From Macrostomum hystrix (lineage: Eukaryota > Animalia > Platyhelminthes), in assembly GCA_950097015.1 (NCBI GenBank), contig CATNEN010000038.1:2604001-2668000 (forward strand): DNA of 64,000 bases. The letters are read 5' to 3'. This document shows, piece by piece, positions 1-13,500 of this stretch (positions are counted from its first letter, which is position 1; each line of letters opens with the position of its first letter). The notes below the pieces were generated by a model. The model was not told where the DNA came from, did not search any database, and saw only the letters and a list, made by a program, of their open reading frames with translations. A program made the translations under genes and the position numbers.

Positions 1-520
1 TTGTTTTCAGGTGGCTGTGAAATGGGGTGGATGTTTGTTCTGCTACGGCTGCGACATGGGTGGATGTTTGTTTAGCGGTGGCTGTGAAATGGGGTCGATA
101 TTTGTTTACCAGTGGCTGTGAAATGGGGTCGATATTTGTTTAGCGGTGGCTGTGAAATGGGGTCGATATTTTTTTAGCGGCGGCTGTGAAATGGGGTAGA
201 TGTTTGTTTAGCGGTGGCTGTGAAATGGGGTGGATGTTTGCGATGCGTCGGCTGTAAAATGGGGTGGATGTTTGTTTAGCGGTGGCTGTGAAATGGGGTG
301 GATGTTTGCTCTGCGGCGGCTGTGAAATGGGGTGGATGTTTGTTTAACGGTGGCTGTGAAATGGAGTGGATGTTTGCTTTGCGGCGGTTGTGAAATGGGG
401 TGGATGTTTGTTTAGCGGTGGCTGTGAAATGGAGTGGATGTTTGCTTTGCGGCGGTTGTGAAATGGGGTGGATGTTTGTTTAGCGGTGGCTGTGAAATGG
501 AGTGGATGTTTGTTCTTCGG
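1..520. repeat. 34-bp minisatellite (GGTGGCTGTGAAATGGGGTGGATGTTTGTTTAGC)n
   Basis: ~15 degenerate tandem units, period 34 (CTGTGAAAT at 82, 116...); source of spurious ORFs 344-665. Confidence 0.9.
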
Positions 521-1513
521 CGGCGGAGTGGGGTGGGTGATAATCTGTAGAGGTGATGGAATATTTTGGCTTTTGGCCCGCCGCAGGGCTGGCACCGGGT
601 GGTTGTCTGTCTGCGGCGGCGGTGGATTCGGTGAATCAGCTGCAAAAGTCGAGTGGGACTTCTGATTTGATTATCAGAAGCTTTACAAGTAACTTTAGTG
701 CTTTACATGAAATTCGTGCTTCAAATAGTGCCTTTCACATGCCTATTGTTTGAGAGCTAAAAGAATAGAGCACAGATTTTAGTCAGATTCGCACAAACTA
801 ACGTGCTTCTTGACTCGTCATCTTTCAAGCCTAACTGACTTCGCTCACATCCGCGCTTCGCTGCCCCACCTGACTTTCAGCGAATCCCCTGGCTAGAATC
901 CGTGAGCCAAAAATGGAGAGGCTCAAATTTTTCTGTTGCAATATTCACCCAGAGTACATTTTTTTCTTTTAACTCGCTCACTTGGTGGCGGCAATGTTTT
1001 GTGGAATTAAAACTAAATGGAGGTATGGGATTTTGTAACTTTCCAAAATCTAATGATGATAATTAGTGCTATGTCAGGTCACCAGGTAATTTGATACTGC
1101 GTCATCTGGAATGACCTTGAGCTTCAGAAAACAATAGCTCGAATTCACTCTGCTCCCGTTCGCTCGCCATTCGGATTCAACTTGCCGTTTCTTTCGGTAA
1201 TAAGAGTACATTAGATTAAGGCCTATCACGTGACAGTTCTGAGCCAATCAGCGGCAAACAGTAATATCAGGGTCTGCAGCCAATAGAAGCTCTCTGGTGA
1301 TTTCCAAGGTCAGCTAATACGTGGTAGTATAAATTAACATTTGCAAAATTTGCGCGTAATGCGTGATCACTAGTTTTAACATTATTAGTGTTTTCTGGTT
1401 ATGGTTTGTTAAGTATTAAATTATGCAGAAAGAAACTGAAGTTTCGTAACGTCTGTCTAGAAACGAAAGAGATCCACATTCCGTTTTCTCCCCGAATCCA
1501 TTTTTTCTTCCAG

Positions 1514-4500
1514 GAAATCCGCTCGCGTCACTGGACCCAGGTGATGCAAATCACCGGTGTGAATTTCTCGCTTGAAAGAGAGACGTTCCGACTGAAGAAC
1601 CTGCTAGACATTGGCCTGCTCGAGTGAGTTCTCAGTTCCCAGGTGTATAATTAGAGACTTAACACAAGACATCTGCAAACAGCTTTTGCAACCACATGAA
1701 CCACATTCTCATAGACACGCCGAAGCGGTGGAGGAGGTCTGCCGAGCAGCTCAGAAGGAGCAGGAGCTCGAGCTGAAAATGAAGCAGATCGAAGAGGAAT
1801 GGACAGAGCAAGTCCTCAGCTTCCTACCCTACAAGCGCAAAGGCAACGTCCTGCTGGACAAGGCTGTGACGGAAAGGCTACTGGAGCAGCTGGAACATTC
1901 CCAGACGGAGCTCGCCGTCATGCTGACCAGCCGCCACATCGAGCCTCTGCGCGACGAGGCTGCCTCATGGGCCGAGAAGCTAAAGGACATCTTCCACGTT
2001 CTGGAGCTGTGGGCCGAGGTGCAGGAGCTTTGGCAGGACCTGGAGGCCGTCTTCTGCGTACCGGAGACCGCTCGCGAGCTGCCGCAGGAGGCCAAGCGCT
2101 TTGAAAGCGTCGATCGCAGCTACGTGAAGAGCATGAAGCGAGCCTTCGCCACCAAGAATGTGCTGCAGTGCTGCATCGGCGGCGGCGACGTGCCGAAATC
2201 CGTTGTGCTGCGCCACATGCACGAGGAGCTGGAGATCTGCTTCAAATCTCTGGTGGCCTACCTGGACAATAAGCGGCGCATTTTTCCCCGCTTGTCCTTC
2301 GTCAGCAACAGCATCCTGCTGAGCATCCTGCGGAGGCCGCATGATCTTGAAACGGTGCGGCCTCAACTTCGGAGCCTGTTTAGCGCAGTCTCCGACGTCC
2401 ACACCGAGCGAGTCATTGTTGAGAGCGTCGCCAACGGAGGTGGCGGCGGCGCAGCGAAGGCCGTCGACCAGGTGTCAACAGCGTCCTCCGCCAGGGGCGG
2501 CCGACGAACTCCGGCCAAGGCAGGCGGCCCGAGTGTCACTCTGGTGGAGCCGCCTGGCGCAACTTCTGCGGACAGGGAGCGCGACGAAGAGGTAGCGAAT
2601 TCGAGTGCCTTAAGTTCACTCATGCTTTATTGCTTCAATTGATTTCCATCGTCACTGCACGAATTGAATCTTCTGTCTTGAAGTGAAACTATATTTTTAA
2701 TTACTGAATTTTCTGAAATTTTTAATTCGTCACGCAACTTTGTCGAAACTGTTCAAAATATCGACCAGCGTTCAGCGATTCCATCGATTTCACCGGGACT
2801 TCGACCTAAACTCGCTGCCGGCTGGAATAAGCTGCACAATATACTGCTATTCAAGCAGCCGGTAATTCCTCCAGAGTGCCATGCTGTCACCTTGCCCAGT
2901 CCTCCCGTGCTGTCACCCTGCCCAGTCCTCCAGAGTGCCATGCTGTCACCTTGCCCAGTCCTCCCGTGCTGTCACCTTGCCCAGTCCTCCCGTGCTGTCA
3001 CCTTGCCCAGTCCTCCCGTGCTGTCACCTTGCCCAGTCCTCCAGAGTGCCATGCTGTCACCTTGCCCAGTCCTCCCGTGCTGTCACCCTGCCCAGTCCTC
3101 CAGAGTGCCATGCTGTCACCTTGCCCAGTCCTCCCGTGCTGTCACCCTGCTCAGTCCTCCAGAGTGCCATGCTGTCACCTTGCCCAGTCCTCCCGTGCTG
3201 TCACCCTGCCCAGTCCTACAGAGTGACATGCTGTCACCCTGCCCAGTCCTCCAGAGTGGCATGCTGTCCCCCTGCCCAGTCCTCCAGAGTGCCACCTTTT
3301 AAAGGGACCAAAGGGCCGCCAAAAGTACCATCACCGAAAGCACTGATCTCTCTAGCTTTTTTCAGACGTAATTACCAGCTTGGTTTGTAGACCATTCTTA
3401 GATCTTGCTGTTTTGTTTTCAAAGAAACTTTGCAAAACTTTATTGATTTTTCTAGACATTGAACACAGCTGCGTTCATGCTCAGTGTCGCGATGGTTAGA
3501 AGGGGAATGCTGAAAGAATGTGATAACTTTGTTTTTGCATCTTTAAGAAATTAAAACTTGTTTCTTAGTTAATTCAAATCTTGTCTTTATTCGAACATAA
3601 ATTTAGTTTAATCTGTTTACTAACCTATCTCATTTGGATGTTCCTATGCTAGTAGCAAATGATCTTCCGTGCGAAGTCTGTCTTCTAATGTTCCAATATA
3701 ACTCGCCTATTTGAAATTTTAGTCGCAGCAGCATCTCGTTGAAGATGCCAGCACTGAGAAGGTCATCTACGACATCTGCGGCGTCATCAGCCCTGACGGA
3801 GATGAGCTTATGCTCAATAAGAAGGTGTGCGCTGCTTATCGCATCTGTACCAGCGGGCATTGACAGTTCCTAGTACTGCACCCACCTCACACCCTGCCAA
3901 TCAGCTACTAACAAGTCCTGCACCCACCTCACACCCTGCCAATCAGCTACTTCCAAGTCCTGCACCCACCTAACACCCTGCCAATCAGCTACTTCCAAGT
4001 CCTGCACCCACCTCACACCCTGCCAATCAGCTACTTCCAAGTTCTGCACCCACCTCACACCCTGCCAATCAGCTACTTCCAAGTCCTGCACCCACCAAAC
4101 ACCCTGCCAATCAGCTACTTCCAAGTCCTGCACCCACCTAACACCCTGCCAATCAGCTACCCCTAGTCCTCCACCCCACACCTCACACCCTGCGGCGGCC
4201 TTCCAGTTGATCTAACTCACCATTTCTTCATCAACCTCAGGTGACACTGGACAGCAATGTGGAAGTGTGGCTATCTGAGCTGCAGCGAAACATCGGCGAG
4301 ACCCTTGCCCACCTGTCCCAGGGTGTCATAGCCGACATCAACGCGCTAGGCCCGCTAGACGAGCTGGCATTTAAGTATCCATCTCAGGTGTGCCGCCTAG
4401 GCCTGATTTACTACTGGACAAAGGAGTGTGAGTTTGCCATCGGAGACATTCGCAATGACCGAAAGGCGCTGCAGAATGTGACCAAAAAGTTCAGCGCCAC

Positions 4501-7500
4501 AATGACACGACTGCCGACCATTCTGCACCGGGGCGCGTGGAAGACACTCGACGACAAGATGCTGCCCGTGCACCGACGGCGCTTGTCGAATATGATCACG
4601 GAGGCTTATTACCTGCGCGAGTGCCTGGAGACTATGATCACAAGGAAGGTGAAAGACGGAGTAGATTTCGATTGGCGCAGGAATGTCCGCTGCTATGCTC
4701 GCGACGTCAGTGAGTTTCGCGACTTTTCTCGCTAGGAAAAATACTTTTGTTGTACATTTTTCATACGAAAACCACCAACATAATCTCCCACACTCCCGCC
4801 AGACGAGCAGCAGATCCCGTCGCTGTACATTCAGGATCTTGAGTTCTCCGTTGGTCCCGAGTTCATGGGCTCGGCCTCGGTGCTGGCTCCCACACCAATG
4901 ACCGACCGCTGCTTCCTGGCCATGAGTCAGGCGCTTAAGAGTCTATCCGGCTGTCTGGTGCAGGTGAGAATTAGCTATTAGGTTTTTTATAGACATTTTT
5001 GTCCGAGTGACAAAGTGTTATAATCGTTGAATGTCTCGCTGATGTTAAGGGTTGAAGACTTGATTATTGTTCAGAAGGTGCAAATGACAATTTAGGTCGT
5101 GTTCTGGAATTCCTTAAGCTTGCACTGCACCGTTCAGGTGCCGCAAGAATATCAGGGTGAAATCCCAGCCTAGTTAATTCTCGTGAACATGTTTGTTCCA
5201 GTTCAAATAAGTTCCTTGAAATGAGGTAGTGAATTGGTTTAGTGGAATAGGATTTTCTCTTTAGAATACCTAAGTTTTCTTCGATTTTACCGTGTATTTA
5301 CTCCTCTAGTACTCGCAGTAGTCTCCTTTGATAATAACCTCACCACATGCGCCCAGGGTCCCAGCGGCTGCGGCAAGACGGAGACTGTGAAGGGCCTAGC
5401 CCAGCTGCTCGGTCGTCACGTGTGCGTCACTCACGCCAGGAGCTCCTTCGACGCGCAAGCTCTGAGCAAGTTGGTGCAGGGCGTCGTGGCCGACGGCTGC
5501 TGGAGCCTCATCGACGAGGTGCAGAAGCTGCCAGCTGAGGCCACTGGAGTCCTGGTGGATCACGTGCGGTCCGTGTTCCACTCGCTGGCTTCGGGATTAA
5601 ATACCTGCCATCTAGGTGACTCTCACGAGGTGAGGAACAAATCTAAGTCACTGTGCTAGGCCAAGGGAGCTTGGGGTTAGAGCTAGAGTTAGGTTAGAGC
5701 TTCGGTCCTTTGGGACTGCGACGTCGGGAGTTTGAATCTCAGTCCAAGTAAAACAACTTGTGCCCTTGAGTAAGACAATAAGAGTGTAACAAATATAATC
5801 GCAAGAGGGGCTGCGGTAAATTGCAAGACAAGCCCCCAAGCTTTCTCTACGCGTCTGCGCCCCAAGTTGGCTTTGCCGCGGAATCGAACTTATGGACCGT
5901 GGTGCGAGAGGCAAACACGTTAGACTGCTCTGCCACTAGCTCACAGTCTGAACAGCTGACCACGGACTGAACAGCTGACCACGGACTGAACAGCTGACCA
6001 CGGACTGAACAGCTGACCACGGACTGAACAGCTGACCACGGACTGAACAGCTGACCACGGACTGAACAGCTGTACACAGTCTTTGGATTCACAGCGCATT
6101 AACTGCGACTGCTCCACTAGCCCAAATGGGGTCGATGTAACTTTTGTTCGCATACGCAGGTACCAAAAGCTAATTTCATGCCACTTTGAACGATTTCCAG
6201 GTATCCATTGGCTCCTCTGTCGGCTTCCTCATCACTTACAATCCGTTCAACCACGCTGGCCAGCTCCCCTGCGAGATCCGTGCCTACTACCGGCCCGTGT
6301 CCATCAGCCGGCCGGACCTGCTGCAGGTGCTGAAGATGAAGTGCCTGGCCATGGGATTCCGGGCGCCAACCTTGTTGGCCACACGGCTGAAGCTCATGTC
6401 GGAGTACGCAGCCGACCAGCTGTGAGTTGCACAATTTCCTGCAGTATGAGCACCGCGTCAGTATTCAGATTTAATTACTATATGCACTTTTCATTTTGCA
6501 CTTTTCATTTAGGCCGAACGAGCCGCAGAACACTTTCGGCTTGAACTCGCTTTGCGCTGTGCTGGCCCGAGCCGATCAGCTGCGCCAGATTGCCAACGAG
6601 GAGGCCGTGAATCGGCAGGACTCGACTCTTGGCCAGCCGGGTGCCGGCGCTGCTACTCAACAGCAGCAGCAGCAGCAGCAACAGGGTGAGAGAGGCAGGT
6701 GGTTTCACAATGGGAGTTAAACGCAAGAGAAACTTTGCGCAATTTTTCCTGAAAATTTCAGAAGATTAAGTGGCCTTTGGTTTATTGTACACTAATTTTC
6801 ATCCGTGCATGGAGCCTGAGTTGTAGAATGTACACTGTTTCCGCTATGGAGGGGTAGGAAGTAAGGGAAGGGGCGGAGGTTTTGAATGTACAGTGCTCTG
6901 TTATCTAGGGGTAGGAGTTAAGAGAGATGGTGCTGTGGAATGTACAGTGCTCTGTTATCTAGGGTAGGAGTTAAGAGAGATGGTGCTGTGGAATGTACAG
7001 TGCTCTGTTATCTAGGGTAGGAGTTAAGAGAGATGGTTCTGTGGAATATACCTCATGAATTGAACCTACAAAATTTGCAGCCCAGCAACAACAGCAGCAG
7101 CAGCAGTTAACTTCATCAGAATTTTGGCCTCCGTTCAAGGAACGCACCGAAATCATCACTAACAGAGCTACAGGTAAGATTGTATGAACTCATCTTAGTG
7201 CTCGATGCTACAGATTAAATGAGCGAAGTTAGTAGCTCACCGCTTGTTATTGCTCAAATTTTCATACAGGCCAGAAGCTGCCCACCTTCGTAAACAAAAA
7301 GACGGCCTCCAACCTGCCTCTGAGCGCCGCGGCCAAGCAGGAGCACAGCATGGCTCGCCAGGCCGCCCTGGAGCTGCTGGAGCCACGCGTTCGCCCGCAG
7401 AGCGTCAGTATTCTGCGCCAGGCTGTCGCCGACGTCTTCGGCGGCCTGCCTCCGGTGTCGTCCAGTGCGGTGGCGCGGAAAACGGCAGACATTTTGGACC

Positions 7501-10500
7501 GTATCGGGCGGGTCTGTCAGGCGCGTCGCCTGAGTCCGGCCAAGGCCTGGCTAGAGAAATGTATCCAGATATTCAACGTTTCGGGCGCGCATACCGGCGT
7601 TGTGCTGGCCGGCCCGCCAGGCTGCGGCAAATCCACCGCGCTGGAGGTCCTGGTGGCAGCTCTGGCGGCTCTTGGCGGCGGCGCAGCGGAGGAGACCCAC
7701 CGGCTGCAGAGAATCTTCCCTCTGTCTGTGGACAGTTTGAGCGCTGTGTTCGGCGAACTGAAGGCCAACGGCGAATGGTCTGATGGCGTGTTTACATCGG
7801 CGTTTCGCAAGGCCAACCGGAACCAGTCAACCACGTGGCTGCAGTTGGACGCACCCTTGAACACTAGTTGGTCGGATAATTTTAACTCGGTCAGTACTGC
7901 GGTAGTTTGCAGTATTCTGTAGTCCTTAGTGCAGTGAATGTAATCTGTACTTTGTGCAGCATTCTATGTTAATTTGTGCACTTTTCAGTACTCGTCTGCG
8001 CTATTCTGTGGCAGTTTGAGCTGCATAATAGGATAGTTTGTGCAGAATTCTATGGCAGTTTGTGCAGAATTCTATGGCAGTTTGTGCAGAATATTCTATG
8101 GCAGTTTGTTCAGTATTCTATGGCAGTTTGTTCAGTATTCTATGGCAGTTTGTGCAGTATTCTATGGCAGTTTGTGCAGTATTCTATGGCAGTTTGTGCA
8201 GTATTCTGTGGCAGTTTGAGCTGCATAATATGATAGTTTGTGCATCATTCTATGGCAGTTTGTGCAGTATTCTATGGCAGTTTGTGCAGAATTATATGGC
8301 AGTTTGTTCAGTATTCTATGGCAGTTTGTTCAGTATTCCATGGCAGTTTTTTCAGTATTCCATGGCAGTTTTTTCAGTATTCCATGGCAGTTTGAGCAGT
8401 ATTTTATGTTGCTATCTCGGGTTTGTCATATTCTACGTAGGGGTGTTTATATTCTCACCTGTGACAAGTTTACTCCATGCACCCGTTGTTACCATCTCAA
8501 GGTACTGGACGCCGAAGCCACTTTGCACCTTCGCAACGGCGACCAGTTGAAGATCTCGGATCGGGTGCGCATCGTCTTCGAGACGGACAGCCTGGCGGAC
8601 GCTTCACCAGCGGCACTCGGTCGCAGCGGCATCGTTCACTTCGACGTAGAGAGCCTCGGCTGGCGTCCCGTCGCCAACGCGTGGCTTCGGTCCAGGACTC
8701 CACAGGTGGCTCATGTAAGTTCTCAGCCCGTGAAGTCACAGATAAATGAACTTCAAGTATATAGTTGAGAATGAAGCCAATAAACTTCACTCTATTATTA
8801 CAGACGCTAAACGCAGCGTTTGAGAAAACCCTGGACTCCCTGATTCCGTGGGTCCAAACTGAAGTGAAGTGAGTGCCAGAATTTTTTCGGTCTTGTGTTT
8901 AGGTGATTTCTAAAGAGAATTTGAGCACAGCACTCGTAAACTTGGAGCTCAAACTACTCGTAAATTCGATGTCCGCAGGCCGATCATTCCCGGCTGCTCA
9001 TTGGTTGGCGTGTTTCAGTCCTGCCTCGGCCTGCTACAGGCTATGCTGGACGAAAGTGCGGGCCACCTCTCCGGCACTGTCCACGTTGAGCGGCTCTACC
9101 TGTTCGCTCTAGTTTGGTCTTTTGGTGCCCTGCTGGTGGACAACGACCGGGTGCTGTTCAGCAAGAAGCTAAAGGACCTGTCCTCCGCGTGAGTTTCTTC
9201 TTGCTTTTGCTTTAAGCAACAAAATAGCAGCAGTAAGCCCAGGATATCCCCTTGACATCCTTCGATATCCCCTTGACATCCTTCGATATCCCCTTGACAT
9301 CCTTCGGTATCCCCCTGACATCCTTCGATATCCCCCTGACATCCTTCAATATCCCCTTGACATCCTTTGATATCCCCTTGACATCCTTCGGTATTCCCTT
9401 GACATCCTTCAATATCCCCTTGACATCCTTCAATATCCCCTTGACATCCTTCGGTATCCACTTGACATCCTTCGGTATTCCCTTGACATCCTTCAATATC
9501 CCCTTGACATCCTTCAATATCCCCTTGACATCCTTCAATATCCCCTTGACATCCTTCGGTATCCACTTGACATCCTTCGATATCCACTTGACATCCTTCG
9601 ATATCCCCTTTGACATCCTTCGATATCCCCTTGACATCCTTCGATATCCCATTGACATCCTTCTATATCCCCTTGACATCCTTCAATATCCCCTTGACAT
9701 CCTTCGGTATCCCCCTGCATTCGATATCCACTTGACATCCTTCGATATCCACTTGACATCCTTCGATATCCCCTTTGACATCATTCGGTATCCCCTTGAA
9801 ATCATTCGGTATCCCCTTGGCATGCGTCAATATCCATATGACATCCTTCAATATCCCCTTGACATCCTCCAATATCCCCTTGACATCCTCCAATATCCCC
9901 TTGACATCCTTCAATATGCCCTTGACATCCTTCGGTATTCCCTTGACATCCGTCAATATCCCCTTGACATCCTTTGACGTCTTTTGACTTCCTTCGGCTG
10001 CGAATACCGCTATAGTTTTTTATAACGATAATGTCACCTATCTAACCATGTTCTCATAATTAAAAATTTGTTTTACTGAGGTCTTCTTTTTACTATTTCA
10101 TATAAACTTTTTGCAACCCAGTAGCGGCAGCAATGTCTAACCACTTTGTCTAACCACTGAGCCACAGTAATTGTGTAGTATACTAACTAACCAAATACGA
10201 GAGCAAACCAGCCCTGTGTGTCCATCGAGAGATGACAAAAATTACGTCAAATGATTTTGCCGGAAACTTTCAGTGAGGCATTGCCCGACTACCTTGAATC
10301 CAAACAGCTCTACTTTGGAGAGTGAGATACTATTATTGATTTCTGCGAAGTTTTTGCTAACCTTTGTCTTATTTTTATTTACAGCCTTCTGTTCTAAGCA
10401 TTGTCCTACGCACGAATTTCTTGCAGAAAATTTCAATTGATTGAGTTTAATCTGAGCGGAAATTAGCAATGTGACCTGTTAGTTCTATAATTTGAGTTGA

Positions 10501-13500
10501 TTTTGCGTCTTGCAAGCTTGGAAATCAATCCTTGCTAATTTACCTCTGTCCACGCTTATCTGGGCCAGTCAGCGTGAAGCATCGAAGACTACAAAATATT
10601 GAAATCCCAGCTCAAAACACTTCCAGACTCCCCGATGACGATCGGGAAATCTGCATCTACGATTATTACGTTGATGAGAGCGGCGAATGGGATCCGTGGA
10701 CGTCACGAGTACCGGAGCTCATCAACACCGACGACCTGGCGCTGTCCGGTCAGGCGCTGGTCGAGACAGTGGACACCATCCGGGTGCAGCAGCTGCTGGA
10801 CTTGTCCTACAAGGCGCAGCGGTCGGTGCTGCTGGTCGGACCTCGAGGCGGCGGCAAGACGCTGCTTGGCCGGCAGTTCGCCGAACGGCAGGACTCCCAG
10901 CTCCGGCTGTTGCGCCAGCTGGTCTATTCGGGTGACACCGAGGCAGCCACGCTGCAACGGTTTGTGCAGGCCAACACTGTGCACAGGTGAGCCTTTGTGC
11001 CGTCATATTATAGAGGCGTACTCAGGAACAGCGGATTGTACATCTGCTCAGAATTTTTCATCGTCATGGAGTGAAAACTTTCACCTGCCGAACAAGTCCA
11101 ACCCCAAAAATGAATGTGGCCTTGCCATTAGAACTAGAGTCGAAACGCGTTGCCATAGTAACGCTGAGTCAACATAGCGCGAGTTCTTCACATGAAAGTC
11201 TATAAAATGTTGTCATGTGCAAGGACGCGTAAATAGCAGTCAGCTGGCTATAGCCGTGCGGCTATGACAGACTGACGAGGGCAAACAAGCCCAGAACCGG
11301 TCTCAGTCTGCCGCGCATGGTTTGACTGCTTTTAGCGGCTGATAGCGATATATTAAGATAGAGTTCTAGCTTTTTCATTGTAATTTCCAAACCCAAATTG
11401 CTCACTCCAGACAAGGCTTCGTCTATGGAGCCAAGGAGGGCAAGCGGCTGCTGTTGTGCATCGAGGACGTCTCGGCCCCCAGACCGGACTCATTTGGCAT
11501 TCAGCGCCCCGGAGAACTGCTGCGCCAGCTCTGCGACTGTCACCAGCTTGTCACTCAGGAGCGACCGCACGAGTGGCGCCAGATTGAAGGTCTCTCAGTG
11601 GTGGCCTCGGCTGCCACTGGTGGCGCGCCGGCCGTGCCGACGCCGTCGCTGTCGCCCCGTCTGTTGCGGCACTTCAACCTCGTGCACGTGCCCGCCCCGG
11701 CCAAGGACGCGCTGAGAAGTGTCGTGCGCGGCGTGCTTGAGTCTCAGGTATAGGCAAAGATTTACTTTCAACCGATTGACTAAATAGGAACGCATTGTTT
11801 CTTATTTAAAACTATATTGTCTTGGTTTTTCATTCACTGCCAGATGAACTTCGATGATCGCCAGCCGCTTGAACAGGACGCCCTGGCTAGCCTAATGGAG
11901 GCCTCCTGCCAGCTGCTGGAGAGCTGCCAGGCCACCCTAAAGCTTTCACCGCTGCCTGGCCGGCGGCACTACCTGTTCAACCTGAAGGACTTGTGCGACG
12001 CATTCCTGTGCCTTCGTAGGCTGCCAGACGAGAGGCGCATCGAGCTGACGGACCTGGTGCCCTACTGGGTATACCAGGTGCGCCGGGGCTTCGCCGATCG
12101 CGTCTGTCGCACAGCCGACGCGCTCTGGTTCAACGAGACACTCGAGCAGCTGTGCGCCAAGCACTTCCCGTCCATCTCGGTGGATCTGCTCAGCCAGCAG
12201 TTCGCCACGTTTGACAAGAACGTGCAGAGCTTCAACATTAGACCGACTTCGTCGTTCAACAGAGCCTCCATCTGCGTGAGCAGCCTCATGCCGAAGATTG
12301 AGTCGTTCGATGAGCTCAGAGAGACCCTGGATATTTACAAGGTGAGCAGAGTCTTTTGGGGATTATTTATCGGTCCATGTGAATCCGTTGAAACTAAAAA
12401 AGCTCAAAGTTATTCTACTCCCTAATAAAATACGAGTATCAATGAACTTGCCACTCGCCCATTGGTTTGCAGACCCGCTACAACGAGGAAGAAAAGCACG
12501 AACCACTCGAAGTTACTCTCTCAGAGACCGTTATCGCTCACATTGTTCGCGTCCATCGCGCCCTGTCCGTCCCGTACCGTGGTCACGTGATGTTAATAGG
12601 CTCCATCGGCACCAAGCTGTCCACCTTGTGCCGCCTGGCCGCCTTCATGCTGGAGATGCGGGTTCAAGAGGCCGACACGAGATCGCGCAACGCCTTCTTC
12701 GACAGTCTCCGCGGAGCTCTCCGCCTGGCCGGCTTGGACGCCGTCCACGTGGCCGTGATCGTCACCGCCCGCTGCATGATGGACAGCGTCTACTGGGACG
12801 CCATCAACTCCATCATTGCGTGCGGTGAGCACCCGCAGCTCTTCACCAACGAGGAGATGGACACCCTGATGCAGTCCCTGGTGCCAACCATCAAGAAAGA
12901 GAACCAGGCTCTGCTAAACGACCCGGTGAAGTTCTACCTGTCCAGAGTGCGGCAATACCTGCACTTTGTCATCTGTCTGCCTCCCAGTGATCCTCTTCTA
13001 TGCGCGGCCGTCACCAGCTACCCCTGCCTGCTCAAGCACAGCCAGGTGAACTGGGTAAACGACTGGTCTATGCAGACGCTGCTGCAGGAGGCGCAGCACT
13101 TCTTCGGCGCCAATCAGCAGCTGAACCTCAGCAAAGAGGACGCTGACGCCCTGGGCCGCGCCTTCGCCCAGGCGCATTCGCTAGTGCTTCGCGAATTCCG
13201 TCAGGTGCCCTGGGCGGGCGACCAGGAGCTCGAGGTCGAGCTCACAAAGTACAAAGAGAGCCGCAGCCACTCCAAGCAGGAGACGCTGCGCGTGCCAAAC
13301 CGACCGTATGCGCAGAAGGTTCGCTGCCCCCAAATAGGGAATTCAGTAGCTTGGGGATGCTGTGGTTTCATGACTACTAAAGTACGATGAGCCACTTGAC
13401 ACAGTTGCATCTTCACCTTATCAATTCCTTTAGTAGTCATTGTGTAAGCCCCAGCCAATGAAGAGGCAATTCTGCTCATTCAGTCGACTACAATGCACAC

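Noticed and set aside
553-753. Possible upstream dynein exon (CCGCAG at ~586)
   Set aside because: No dynein-like motif or convincing donor; the 5' part of the gene is left unassigned.
1200-1375. Helitron-like 3' end (small hairpin + CACTAGT)
   Set aside because: Single copy, weak hairpin and no 5' boundary; cannot be supported here.
9096-9987. Repetitive ORFs here and at 2876-3390, 24779-25307, 45970-47068, 53964-54655, 56918-57855, 58970-59609
   Set aside because: All are minisatellite translations, open in several frames, without splice support.
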